Assembly: GCF_002087085.1 (NCBI RefSeq)
Contig: NZ_MWQY01000001.1
Location: 62,001 to 126,000 of the forward strand
Length of the DNA: 64,000 nt
Direction of reading: 5' to 3'
This document shows, piece by piece, positions 38,111 to 48,107 of the stretch (its first letter is position 1; each line of letters starts with the position of its first letter). The notes under the pieces were generated by a model. The model did not search any database. It saw nothing but the letters and a program-made list of their open reading frames with translations, and was not told where the DNA came from. A program made the position numbers and the translations under genes.

Positions 38111-40174
38111 GTGAAGCATTGGTCTTTCCTGATTTTCATTACTATTCTGCTCTTCCTTCTTCCCGTACTTCTTGTTTCCCAGGATCTTGACTGGGATGCT
38201 CTTCGCGGCAGCGAAGAGTTTCGTTTTGGCGTTCAGGCCTACAACAGCGGACTTTTCGATAACGCCCTTCTATCCTTTGAGCGGGCCTTAAGTTATTCTC
38301 CCCTCGAAGCCCTCTACAAAGAGTGGCTGGGACGGACGTATCACCGTCTCGGATATGATGCCACAGCCCTTTCCCTGTGGCGTGAGGTTCTTTCGTCCGG
38401 CGAAGGATCTGCGCTGCTGCAGCAGAGGGTGGATGTTATCTCCGCCCGCAACAGCCTGGAGCGGGAGCGCTCAGCAATGGAACGCTTCGTTCTGGGGGAA
38501 GTCCTCCAGGGCAGACAGGCGGACTATACCCTCTTTGCCAGACCCCTGGGACTGGAACCCTGGCCCGACGGCAGTTATTTTCTGACTTCTTTTGTGAATA
38601 ACGAAGTTTACCATTTCAACCTCAACGGCGGGCTTCTCCATACGCTGCAGGGAGGGGTCCTGGGATTTTCCCGGCCCTACGATGTAATGCGGTATTCATC
38701 CCGGAGAATCTATGTCTCGGAATTCGGTGCGGACCGCATTGCCTACTGCAGACCCGACGGAAGCCAGATAGTCCGTTTCGGCAGATCCGGAGGAGGGGCA
38801 GGGGAACTCTCTGGTCCCCAGTTTCTGGCCAGAGATCAGGAAGGATACATCTATGTGACCGAAGCTGGAAACCGGCGGGTCAGCAAGTTCAGCTCCGAGG
38901 GCGATTTTATCCTCAGCTTTGGACGCCGGGGAAACGGCTTTAACGGATTTCGGACCCCTTCAGGTATAGTCGTGCATGACGGGAAGGTCTTTGTCTCCGA
39001 TACCCGTCAAGGGAGGGTGTTCTGCTTTGATCTTTCGGGGAATTTCCTCTACGAAGCGGGAGCTGATGTCCTGATTCAGCCTGAAGGTATCTCTGTTTTC
39101 AGTGCCCGGGAGCTGCTGATTGCCGACGGGGAGCGGCTCATGATTTTTCAACCCGTTTCCCGAAGCTTCGAGCTTCTGGCGGATTTTGAGGGAGACAACA
39201 GGCGGATTGTGGATGCTGTCCGGGATGTAAACGGCAACCTGCTGGTCAGCGATTTCAACCGCAGCGAGCTTGGGGTTCTCAGTGAACTCTCCACCATGTA
39301 TTCCGGCATCTTTGTGGAGATCGAACGCATCGACGCCACTGGTTTTCCGGATATCTATCTGGATGTTTCTGTCCGGGATCGACTGGGAGATCCTATTGTG
39401 GGATTGCGGGAGAGTAATTTTATTCTTTCGGAAGGTCACGGAATGCCCGGTTCCCCGGCATTGCTGGCCCAGGGGGATGCCCTCGAGGGAATACAGGCAG
39501 CGCTGGTTCTGGAGAAATCCGCCTATACCCGGGGACGGGAAGACGAACTCGCCGCTGCGGTGGAGGATATTCTGGAAGCTCTTCCTGAGGGAAGCTCGGT
39601 ACGGCTTTATACTGCCGGGGAACTGCCTGTTAAAGAGGTACCTCCGGGAGGGGCCGGAAGCGATTATATAGCCGCTGCCCAAAGAACCTCGTATGATGGT
39701 GTCAGCTTTGCTTTTGCAGAGACCATGCGCATGGCCGCTCTGGAGCTGGCACCCCTGCGGGGAAGAAAGCTGATTATCAGCCTCGGCAGCGGCAGGGCTC
39801 CCTTGAGGCGGGATGAATCTTCCGCTCCTTCCACCCCTGTTCTGGCGAACCTGCTGAGCACCAACGGAATCCGCTTCGCCTATGTGCAGCTTGAACGGCA
39901 GCTCTCCTTCGGCAACGATGAGGGTCGGGATATATACTCTTTTCTCGCCAATGAAAGCGGCGGCGGTCTTTACCCGCTTTACCGTCCCGCGGGTATTGCT
40001 CCGGTAATCAGTGAGTACGGGGAACGGCCTACTGGACGTTATTATCTTAAGCTGATCTCCAACATGGATCCGGACTACGGCAAACAGTATCTTCCTGTAG
40101 AGGTCGAGGTTGCATATTATAACCGGACCGGCAGAGATGAGCTGGGGTACTATGCGCCTCCGCCGTATAATTGA
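38111..40174 (+). CDS. Exported TPR + NHL beta-propeller + vWA-like protein
   Basis: Signal peptide, TPR, NHL repeats (YIYVTEAGNRRVSKF, F.TPSGI), C-terminal alpha/beta domain; GTG 38111 preferred. Confidence 0.85.
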   Translation: MKHWSFLIFITILLFLLPVLLVSQDLDWDALRGSEEFRFGVQAYNSGLFDNALLSFERALSYSPLEALYKEWLGRTYHRLGYDATALSLWREVLSSGEGSALLQQRVDVISARNSLERERSAMERFVLGEVLQGRQADYTLFARPLGLEPWPDGSYFLTSFVNNEVYHFNLNGGLLHTLQGGVLGFSRPYDVMRYSSRRIYVSEFGADRIAYCRPDGSQIVRFGRSGGGAGELSGPQFLARDQEGYIYVTEAGNRRVSKFSSEGDFILSFGRRGNGFNGFRTPSGIVVHDGKVFVSDTRQGRVFCFDLSGNFLYEAGADVLIQPEGISVFSARELLIADGERLMIFQPVSRSFELLADFEGDNRRIVDAVRDVNGNLLVSDFNRSELGVLSELSTMYSGIFVEIERIDATGFPDIYLDVSVRDRLGDPIVGLRESNFILSEGHGMPGSPALLAQGDALEGIQAALVLEKSAYTRGREDELAAAVEDILEALPEGSSVRLYTAGELPVKEVPPGGAGSDYIAAAQRTSYDGVSFAFAETMRMAALELAPLRGRKLIISLGSGRAPLRRDESSAPSTPVLANLLSTNGIRFAYVQLERQLSFGNDEGRDIYSFLANESGGGLYPLYRPAGIAPVISEYGERPTGRYYLKLISNMDPDYGKQYLPVEVEVAYYNRTGRDELGYYAPPPYN

Positions 40175-40273
40175 AGGGATAATCTGTTGGTCTGCAGCTT
40201 CAACCGGACTTGCTTTCCGGGATGATATTGAGCATCTTTAATGGCGAAAGAACGGGAGAGGAGTTGGAAAATT

Positions 40274-40570
40274 ATGTTCGACTATGTTGATTTTCAGCAC
40301 AGGGAAGGCAGTATCAAGGACAGGGAGCTGAAACTGTTTGCTCTGTCCACCTGCGGTTTCTGTAAAAAAGCCATGGCTTTTCTTGAAGAGAACAATCTGG
40401 ACTACGAGTATATATTTGTCGATCTGATTGATTCCGAGGTAAAAAACAAAATAAAGGCGGATTTTGAAAAGAGATTCGAGAAGAAAATGCTTTTCCCGAC
40501 CCTTATAGTAGATGACGAGGAGTTCCTTGTGGGCTTTATTAAATTCTACTGGCAGAAACTGGCGGCGTAA
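40274..40570 (+). CDS. Glutaredoxin-like (NrdH-type) protein
   Basis: LSTCGFCKK, FPT, VGF; start re-called after GAGAGGAG. Confidence 0.88.
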   Translation: MFDYVDFQHREGSIKDRELKLFALSTCGFCKKAMAFLEENNLDYEYIFVDLIDSEVKNKIKADFEKRFEKKMLFPTLIVDDEEFLVGFIKFYWQKLAA

Positions 40571-40911
40571 TGGCAGAAAAAACTCTACAGGAAACTGAAA
40601 ACTTTGTACGCTCCGTGGCGGAGCACAAAGGATGGATATTGAATCGGGACGAAGATTTTATCGGACATCTAATAGAAGGGTTGCGGGTCAACTATAACCG
40701 TTACGGTTTCTATCAGTGCCCCTGCCGCGATTCCTATGGTACGAGAGAGAAGGACAAGGACATTATGTGTCCCTGCGATTATGCCCAGGCTGACATAGAC
40801 GAGTTCGGGCAGTGCTTCTGCGGCCTGTACCTCGCTCCGGATTTTTACGAGACCCATGATGATATCGACGGTATTCCGGAGCGGAGGCCTGAGGATCTTT
40901 ACCCGGATTGA
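40570..40911 (+). CDS. Ferredoxin-thioredoxin reductase catalytic-subunit homologue
   Basis: CPCR...CPC...CFCGLY; TAATG coupling to the glutaredoxin. Confidence 0.9.
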   Translation: MAEKTLQETENFVRSVAEHKGWILNRDEDFIGHLIEGLRVNYNRYGFYQCPCRDSYGTREKDKDIMCPCDYAQADIDEFGQCFCGLYLAPDFYETHDDIDGIPERRPEDLYPD

Positions 40912-40918
40912 GAGAAGC

Positions 40919-41593
40919 CTAGAGCTGTTCCTTTACCAGCTCGACAGTCCCGCGGGCAAGGTTTTTTCTCAGGATTCCTTCATAAAACAGATAGCGCCCG
41001 TCGTCTGATCTGAGCAGGTACAGACCTTTCCAGAAACGGGACAGCCAGTTGTTTATCGAGATTTTTACCTCCGTGGCCCTCTCCATGATCCCGTGACGAT
41101 TGATAAGCTTTTCCTCACCCCGTACGGCCTTCATGGAGCTGAGGGCGAGGTTCTGGGGCTGTATAAACCAGAAGGCCCGTTCTTTTTCTCCCTGCACGAT
41201 GAAGTTTTCCATTCCGAAGGGAAAAAGCTGGTGCCAGGGCGAACTGTCGGGAATAGTGCATTCTTCGTTGATGCTACGGCGACCATCCCTCTTTTCGATC
41301 TGAATCATCCGGCCGTTTCGTCTGGCACTTATATGCAGATCCTTTGAGAAATCTCTGTATTCCCATTCTCGGGTGTCCCCGCTGGAGTCTACCACTATTC
41401 GCTCGATGGATAGAATTGCGGAGTCGTTCGTTTTGGTCAGGGTATACTCATGATTTCCCTGTTTATCGTCTATCGATATGGAGTAGTCGGTAAGATCTCC
41501 CCGCAGGGTTTCATGGTACAGAAGATCCTCGGCAGATACCCCTGCAACGAGGAACATTGTACATACGAGTGATGAAAGCAGAACGCGAAACAT
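40919..41593 (-). CDS. Secreted hypothetical protein
   Basis: Signal peptide, 224 aa, own promoter. Confidence 0.7.
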   Translation of the reverse strand: MFRVLLSSLVCTMFLVAGVSAEDLLYHETLRGDLTDYSISIDDKQGNHEYTLTKTNDSAILSIERIVVDSSGDTREWEYRDFSKDLHISARRNGRMIQIEKRDGRRSINEECTIPDSSPWHQLFPFGMENFIVQGEKERAFWFIQPQNLALSSMKAVRGEEKLINRHGIMERATEVKISINNWLSRFWKGLYLLRSDDGRYLFYEGILRKNLARGTVELVKEQL

Positions 41594-41599
41594 GGGGAC

Positions 41600-41628
41600 A
41601 GTCTAAAAAAGCATGCTTCTCCTGTCAA
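41600..41628 (-). promoter_or_regulatory. sigma70 promoter (leaderless geometry)
   Basis: Minus strand TTGACA-N17-TAGACT, ATG 6 nt later. Confidence 0.7.
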
Positions 41629-41824
41629 GGTTTTTACCGGAACTTTATGGAAATAATGGAGATTTTAACGTAAATCTAACAAAAATTTTTAAACGAGGGT
41701 ATTTTCTACGGATATTCCTGCTTTTCTCCAATACTTGGCAAAAATAGACTATACACGTATTTTAGTGAGGTAGTAAAATCCATATCAACAGGTTGCTCCC
41801 GGCGGCGAAAGGAGGTCAGAAAAA

Positions 41825-41975
41825 GCCGGCTATGAGGTTCCAGGAAATAACGGAAATCTGTGAAATTCAGATGCGGACGTGCCGCTGTAATCGGTGATGG
41901 TCGATCAATCCACTGTAGCATAAGCGCGATGGGAAGGATCCGACAAAAAAACCGTAAGCCAGAAGACGATTTTTT
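41825..41975 (+). ncRNA. Cobalamin (B12) riboswitch, cis-regulatory; boundaries approximate
   Basis: AGGT...AACGGAA-ATCTG-TGAAATT-CAGAT-GCGG..GCCGCTGTAA...CCACTG...TGGGAAGG...AGCCAGAAGAC upstream of a TonB-dependent receptor. Confidence 0.9.
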
Positions 41976-42125
41976 GGAGCCGGGGCAGCAGAGCTGCTCG
42001 TTTTTACCATTTCTCTCACGTATGGGGAACTGGGATTATGAAGACCCGCCTTTTGTGCAATTCTTTATACCCGTTCCTTCCTTACCAGAGATTCTGCAGA
42101 ATGCAAAAGAACGAAGGAAGGTTCA

Positions 42126-44114
42126 ATGAAACGTAAACAACTGTCAGTACGTATAATAAGTCTCGTACTTTTCTTGCTTTTTCCTCTTTTTCTTGTGGCC
42201 GATGACCCGGCGGATCTGTCGGTTGTGGTAACCGCTGATCGGGTGGAAAAAGCGGAAACCGAAACAAGCGCCACCGTCAGTGTTATTACCGCCGAAGATA
42301 TCGAGGATAGCGGTGCTTCCAACCTGACGGACCTGCTGGAAACCCTGCCGGGGGTGCAGTTCAGGAGTTATTCCGGACCCGCAGAGGCCCAGGTTTCCAT
42401 GGGAGGCTTTGGGGAGAACTCCTACGGCCGGGTAGTGGTTCTGGTGAACGGACGTCTGAAGAACAACATCGACATGCGGGGCCTGAACTGGATGTCCGTG
42501 CCCCTTGAGTCGGTGGAACGTATCGAAGTTCTTCACGGCGGCGGCAGCGTCCTGTACGGCAGCGGAGCTGTCGGCGGAGTCATCAATATTATCACCAAAG
42601 AGACTGATGCCCCCCTGGAGGTCGAAGCCGGAGTGTCCGTGGGCAGTTTCCTGACCCACAGGGAGAGCGCCTCCGTGGGGGCCTCGAACTCCCTGGGGTC
42701 CCTGCGGGTGGGGGGGAGCTATTACTCCACCGACGGCTATCGGGACAGAAGCGCATCGAACTATGCCGCCGCCGGCCTGTCGGGAAGCCTCTACCCCACG
42801 GATCTGCTCCGTTTCCGCCTGGATCTGGATTATAACCGGAACTTTTACGAGATGCCCGGGGGACTGACGAAGGAGCAGTTTGAGGACGACCCAAGCCTGG
42901 CCGTCAACAGGGAAGATGAATCCACGGAGCATGAGTTCGGTGCAAGCCTCAGCGGGGAGTACCTGATTGGGGATGACCTTGTCCTGGAAACTCTGCTTGG
43001 CTACAGCTACAAGAACATGGCCCCGGATATGGCGAGTTATCCGGCGTTTTACAATCGACTGTATAATACCTTCGATCTTCAGCCGAAAATCAGCTGGGAA
43101 GCTTCGATTGCTAGTCTCCCTGTTTCCCTGGTCAGCGGAGTTGATCTGCGCAGTTCAACCCTGGCACTGGAAAACTACTCTGACAAGGATCGCAAGACCT
43201 TGTCCAATGAGTTTGATGTGGCCCTTTTATCCGGCGGCGGATATATAAATACGGATATTTCTTTCACTGATTCCTTTGGTCTGAACACAGGCTTTCGTTA
43301 TGACGCCGCCGGTATAAGCGCGGTCAATATGGATGAATCGGTGGATGATGACAAACTGCACACCGGACCCGCCTGGTCTGCGGGACTGCGCTGGAACCCC
43401 ACGCCCGTATCAAAGGTCTATCTTCGTCATGAGAGGATGTTCCGTTATCCCTTTACGGATGAGCAGGCATCGCTTTATGGATTCGGTGATGCTTTTCTCG
43501 ATGACCTTGAAGCGGAGAGAGGGTATTTGTACGAGATGGGAGGGCTTTATCGGGTTGCGTCCTTTGCACGGCTTGACCTTCGGGCTTATCTGATGGACAT
43601 GCAGGATGAGATTGCATGGAATGATGCGACCAGCAAAAACGAGAATATCGAGGATACCCGCAGGATCGGTGCAGAAGGAGCTCTTACTCTTCTGCCGGTC
43701 AGAAGTCTGAAGATTACCGCTTCGTATGCGTATGTATTGCCGACCTTTCTCAAGGGTGATGATAAGGAGAATCAGATTCCTCTGGTTTCAAACCACGAGA
43801 TAGAGGGAGGATTTACCTGGTACGGTCCCGCTGATATTGAAATATCCGCGGATGCGTCATTCCGCAGTGATTATTACCAGGCCGGGGATACCGCAAACGA
43901 CCAGAAAAAAGAGGGATCCTATCTGCTGTTGAATGCAGGTATACGCTGGAGAGTCAGTCTTGCTTCAGGAGATCTTGCTCTTGCTTTATCCGCAGACAAT
44001 CTGCTGGATACCGAATATTCGCAGGTTGTTGCCTATAATGAATGGACAGATACCAGTTCTTACTACCCCGCTGCCGGCAGAAGCATAAGCCTCTCGGGCA
44101 ACTATAAAATGTAG
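42126..44114 (+). CDS. TonB-dependent receptor, probable corrinoid (BtuB-like) transporter
   Basis: VVVTADR TonB box, VERIEVLHGGGSVLYGSGAVGGVINIIT plug, N..D..Y...GR C-terminus; substrate inferred from the riboswitch. Confidence 0.9.
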   Translation: MKRKQLSVRIISLVLFLLFPLFLVADDPADLSVVVTADRVEKAETETSATVSVITAEDIEDSGASNLTDLLETLPGVQFRSYSGPAEAQVSMGGFGENSYGRVVVLVNGRLKNNIDMRGLNWMSVPLESVERIEVLHGGGSVLYGSGAVGGVINIITKETDAPLEVEAGVSVGSFLTHRESASVGASNSLGSLRVGGSYYSTDGYRDRSASNYAAAGLSGSLYPTDLLRFRLDLDYNRNFYEMPGGLTKEQFEDDPSLAVNREDESTEHEFGASLSGEYLIGDDLVLETLLGYSYKNMAPDMASYPAFYNRLYNTFDLQPKISWEASIASLPVSLVSGVDLRSSTLALENYSDKDRKTLSNEFDVALLSGGGYINTDISFTDSFGLNTGFRYDAAGISAVNMDESVDDDKLHTGPAWSAGLRWNPTPVSKVYLRHERMFRYPFTDEQASLYGFGDAFLDDLEAERGYLYEMGGLYRVASFARLDLRAYLMDMQDEIAWNDATSKNENIEDTRRIGAEGALTLLPVRSLKITASYAYVLPTFLKGDDKENQIPLVSNHEIEGGFTWYGPADIEISADASFRSDYYQAGDTANDQKKEGSYLLLNAGIRWRVSLASGDLALALSADNLLDTEYSQVVAYNEWTDTSSYYPAAGRSISLSGNYKM

Positions 44115-44132
44115 GAGCAATCCGCAAGAGCC

Positions 44133-44861
44133 ATGACGGGTGATCGAAAGCGCATGGGGGCGGCAATCGCCGCCTCTGCGCTGCTAAATCTGTTTTTTCT
44201 CATCAGCATATCCCTGGCTCCTGGCGGGATGCCCGCCGAGCCTCCCGGCATTGATCGGTCTTCTCCGCTGCGGGTGGGTCTGCTGCCTTCCGTGAGCAGA
44301 GGGGCCCGGCTGCCCGGAAAGGTTTCCGGAGAGCCGGAGGCTGCATCCACCGGTGAGGAAAAAAAACAGGATACCCTCAAGGCTCCGCGAGCTGAACCGG
44401 TCCCGGAGCGGGAACCGGTGCTGCAGGAGTCTGCCGGGCCGGAGAATATTCAGCTCAGATCCCCGGCGGAGGCTGACAGGGCAGAAGCAGACGGCGGCGG
44501 AGAAGAGGACTTCTTCGCAGATACGCCGTATTCGCCGGACCGGGGAAGTTCAGCTTCCGAATCATCAGAGGAATCCCTGCATGACCTGCGTTCCAGATTT
44601 CTTGTGTATCTTCAGAATGAGATTGCCGTGCGGCAGGAATATCCCCTCAGGGCGAGGCGCAGGGGAACGGAGGGGACGGTAGTGCTCTCTCTCCAGGTTC
44701 TGGCGGACGGCTCCCTGCATTCATACAGACTTGAAAGGAGTTCCGGCAGTTCAAGTCTGGACCGGGCTGCAGAAAAACTGATTACAGGAATCTTTCCAAC
44801 TTCCCTGTCCCCTGGAAAGGATATTGCCTGTACCGTGGCAGTGGAGTACCGTCTTAATTGA
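44133..44861 (+). CDS. tonB: Energy transducer TonB
   Basis: TM, acidic linker, YP..ARRRG.EG.V, SSG...LD.AA. Confidence 0.88.
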   Translation: MTGDRKRMGAAIAASALLNLFFLISISLAPGGMPAEPPGIDRSSPLRVGLLPSVSRGARLPGKVSGEPEAASTGEEKKQDTLKAPRAEPVPEREPVLQESAGPENIQLRSPAEADRAEADGGGEEDFFADTPYSPDRGSSASESSEESLHDLRSRFLVYLQNEIAVRQEYPLRARRRGTEGTVVLSLQVLADGSLHSYRLERSSGSSSLDRAAEKLITGIFPTSLSPGKDIACTVAVEYRLN

Positions 44862-44917
44862 AGCCCCGGAAATCCGGGCTACCCACTCCCTCAGTGTCTG
44901 TGGTAGAATCCCGCCCA

Positions 44918-46309
44918 ATGCGACGAATCATCATTCCCTCTGTCATCGGTGCTGTGCTGTTAAGCGTTTCTGTCTTTACTGCGGCCCTCGGGCTGGCCGG
45001 CACCCTTACCCCGGCTCCGGAGGTTCTGCCTCAAAAGCCTGTATCCGATTCCAGGGCCGATGTTCCTCCCTTCGACTGGACAGCCTCCTCATTTCAACCG
45101 CGTCCGCCTGAAATAGATGCCCTGGCGGCGGTGCTCCTGGACTATGAGACGGGCGCCGTCCTGTACGAGAAGAATCCCGACGATGCCCTTCCTCCCGCCT
45201 CGCTGATCAAGCTCGTGGTGATGGACGCGGTGCTGGATGCTGTCGATTCCGGAACACTGGATCCCGACGGGGACATTCCGATTCCCCCGGCCGCCTGGTC
45301 GCGGAACGCACCGCCCCGATCCTCCCTTATGTTTCTGGGGCCGGGTCAGCGGGCTTCCCTGGACGACCTGATGCTGGGGCTTGCCATACCCAGCGGTAAC
45401 GACGCTGCTGTGGGGGCAGCCCTTCTTCTGAACGACTCGGTGGAGGATTTTGTGGCGGTCATGAACCGCAGGCTTGCTTCCAGGGGCTACGAAAAGACCC
45501 GCATGGTGGAGCCCTCGGGCTACAGCCTGGATAACAGCACAAGCGCCGCAGAGTTTGCCCGCTTCTGTCGGGAGTATATTCTGCGGCACCCTGAGGCCCT
45601 GGAGAAATACCATTCCGTTCCGGCCTTCAGCTATCCGCGTCCGGAGAACATGCTCCCGGGGCACCATGAGAATACGATCTATCAGCAGAATTTCAACCGC
45701 CTCCTGAGCCTCATGCCCGAGGCGGACGGCCTGAAAACCGGGACGATTCCATCTTTCGGTTACAACCTCGCCGCCACAGCCATACGTGACGGAAGGCGCC
45801 TGGTCTCGGTTGTGCTGGGGGTCCAGGGGGAGAGTGCCCGGGAGGGTAACGACAGGCGGGCCATGGTTTCCCGGGATCTGCTGGAGTACGGCTTTAATGA
45901 GTATTCCCTGGTGGAAGCTGACCTGCCGGATCCCGGATCTGTCCGCCTTTACGGGAGCGAATACCGGGAAGTCCCGCTGTATATAGATGCCGCCTGGGCG
46001 GGGGAGGGTGAGAAAATCGCCGTCCCGGCTGGCCTCGGGGATAAGCTCAGAGCTCATCTGCGCGGAGCCCGTCGTCTGCGGGGCCCTGTCTCTGCGGGAA
46101 CGGAACTGGGAGAAATCGTCGTCACCGCTGACGGGGAAGAAGTTCTTACTGCCCCCCTGCGCACCCTGATTGCAGCGGAAGAGGCTGTGTGGTGGAAGAG
46201 GATCGCCGACTGGGCGCTGATTGCATGGGAGAGACTCCAGGGAGAAGCCGTTCCCCCCGGGATTGATGATTATTTACGCTCTTCAGCTGCAGTTCACCCG
46301 GGAAACTGA
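44918..46309 (+). CDS. D-alanyl-D-alanine carboxypeptidase (peptidase S11)
   Basis: PASLIK (SxxK), SGN, KTG; start re-called to 44918. Confidence 0.92.
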   Translation: MRRIIIPSVIGAVLLSVSVFTAALGLAGTLTPAPEVLPQKPVSDSRADVPPFDWTASSFQPRPPEIDALAAVLLDYETGAVLYEKNPDDALPPASLIKLVVMDAVLDAVDSGTLDPDGDIPIPPAAWSRNAPPRSSLMFLGPGQRASLDDLMLGLAIPSGNDAAVGAALLLNDSVEDFVAVMNRRLASRGYEKTRMVEPSGYSLDNSTSAAEFARFCREYILRHPEALEKYHSVPAFSYPRPENMLPGHHENTIYQQNFNRLLSLMPEADGLKTGTIPSFGYNLAATAIRDGRRLVSVVLGVQGESAREGNDRRAMVSRDLLEYGFNEYSLVEADLPDPGSVRLYGSEYREVPLYIDAAWAGEGEKIAVPAGLGDKLRAHLRGARRLRGPVSAGTELGEIVVTADGEEVLTAPLRTLIAAEEAVWWKRIADWALIAWERLQGEAVPPGIDDYLRSSAAVHPGN

Positions 46310-46380
46310 TAGACGGACATCAAGGCAGCGATCAGAACGAATCCCCGCTGCTTCAGGCTGAGTCGGAAATTCAGCGCCCA

Positions 46381-46409
46381 TTGACAAAGCGGTGTATAAA
46401 ACGTAGTGT
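46381..46409 (+). promoter_or_regulatory. sigma70 promoter of prfC
   Basis: TTGACA-N17-TAGTGT. Confidence 0.6.
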
Positions 46410-46448
46410 TAAGGGGCCTCATATTAAGATCCCATAGGTACGTATATT

Positions 46449-48083
46449 ATGCCGAATCGCGCCACCGAAGCAGCCACGACGGATAAAACGCCGCTGCAAC
46501 AGGAAATAGATAAACGACTCACCTTCGCAATTATTTCTCACCCCGATGCGGGAAAGACCACCATAACCGAAAAGCTCCTTCTTTTTGGAGGGGCAATCCA
46601 TATAGCAGGGGCTGTCAAAAGCAAGAAGAACGCCAGGCAGACGGTTTCCGACTTCATGCAGATGGAAAAGGAGAGGGGGATTTCTATTTCCACCTCGGTA
46701 ATGGGTTTTGATTACCGTGACAGGACCGTGAACCTGCTTGATACTCCGGGTCACGCCGACTTTTCCGAGGACACCTACCGTACCCTGACGGCCGTCGACA
46801 GTGTTCTGATGGTAATAGACTCGGTTAAAGGTGTGGAGGAGCGGACCCGTAAACTCTGCGAAATCTGCAAGATGCGGAAGACCCCCATCATCACCTTTCT
46901 GAACAAGTTCGATCGGGAAGGCAAGGAACCCATAGAGCTGCTTGATGAAGTCGAGGCTGAGCTGAACATCAGGGCCTGTCCCATGAGCTGGCCGGTAGGG
47001 CAGGGGGCATCCTTTAAAGGGGTTTACAGTATTTACGAGAAACGCCTGATCCTCTTCAAGCCCCACGATATTCAGAATGTCGAAAGCTCCGTGGCCATTG
47101 AAAATATGGATGATCCTCTGCTGGACGAAAAACTCGGTTCTCTGGCTGACAGGCTGCGGGAGGAGCTGGAACTCGTGCAGGGGGTCTATCCTGAGTTCTC
47201 CATGGAGGAATATCTGGCGGGTACCATTACCCCCACATTTTTCGGTTCCGCCCTGAACAATTTCGGTGTACGGGAACTCCTGGACGCTTTCGTGGATATT
47301 GCACCGGCCCCCCGGGCACAGGAATCCCGGGAGCGTCTTGTGGCTCCGGATGAAGAGAAGTTTTCCGGCCTGATCTTCAAGATCCACGCAAATCTTGATC
47401 CCAACCACCGGGACCGGATCGCCTTTATGCGCATATGCTCCGGGATGTTCGAGCGCAACAAGCTGTACCATCATGTGAGAACGGGAAAGACCTTCCGTGC
47501 TGCGAACCCTACCGCCTTTATGGCCAGCGAACGCAGCATTGTGGATACGGCCTATCCCGGAGATATAATCGGGCTGCACGATACGGGGACCCTGAAAATC
47601 GGCGATACGATTTCCGAAGGGGAGAATATTGAATATACGGGAATCCCCAGCTTTGCGCCCCAGATCTTCCGGCAGGTAATCAACCTGGAACCCATGCGCA
47701 GCAAACAGTTGAATAAAGGACTGGAACAGCTTACCGAGGAGGGGGTCGCCCAGCTCTTCATCAAGGAGTATTCCGCTGACAAGCTGCTCGGGGTCGTGGG
47801 AATGCTGCAGTTCGAGGTTATCCAGCACCGTCTGAAGGAAGAATACAAAGCCTCCGTACGATTCGAACAGGCTGACTACGGCGGGGCCGCGTGGATCGAG
47901 GCGGAAGATTCCAGGGCCATGGAACAGTTCATGCGTTTTCACGGAAACCATGTCGCCCTGGACAAGGATGAAGAAAGAGTTTTTCTGTACCGTAACCGCT
48001 GGGCGGTTTCCAGGGCAATGGAGGAGAACCCGAAGATCAGGTTCTATTTTACTTCCGACAAAAAGGACCTGCTGGTTCCCTGA
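46449..48083 (+). CDS. prfC: Peptide chain release factor 3
   Basis: FAIISHPDAGKTT, DTPGHADFSEDTYR, HRDRIAF.R. Confidence 0.97.
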   Translation: MPNRATEAATTDKTPLQQEIDKRLTFAIISHPDAGKTTITEKLLLFGGAIHIAGAVKSKKNARQTVSDFMQMEKERGISISTSVMGFDYRDRTVNLLDTPGHADFSEDTYRTLTAVDSVLMVIDSVKGVEERTRKLCEICKMRKTPIITFLNKFDREGKEPIELLDEVEAELNIRACPMSWPVGQGASFKGVYSIYEKRLILFKPHDIQNVESSVAIENMDDPLLDEKLGSLADRLREELELVQGVYPEFSMEEYLAGTITPTFFGSALNNFGVRELLDAFVDIAPAPRAQESRERLVAPDEEKFSGLIFKIHANLDPNHRDRIAFMRICSGMFERNKLYHHVRTGKTFRAANPTAFMASERSIVDTAYPGDIIGLHDTGTLKIGDTISEGENIEYTGIPSFAPQIFRQVINLEPMRSKQLNKGLEQLTEEGVAQLFIKEYSADKLLGVVGMLQFEVIQHRLKEEYKASVRFEQADYGGAAWIEAEDSRAMEQFMRFHGNHVALDKDEERVFLYRNRWAVSRAMEENPKIRFYFTSDKKDLLVP

Positions 48084-48107
48084 ATCCAAACTACAAGGAG
48101 GTTTCGT

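Noticed and set aside
41670..41687. Imperfect palindrome AGATTT-N6-AAATCT between divergent promoters
   Set aside because: Short, in AT-rich sequence, and matches no operator I can name
41770..41830. Possible second riboswitch (SAM-I or c-di-GMP-I) ahead of the cobalamin aptamer
   Set aside because: ATCAACAG and GAAA fragments are present but the remaining conserved cores are not; an Rfam scan would settle it
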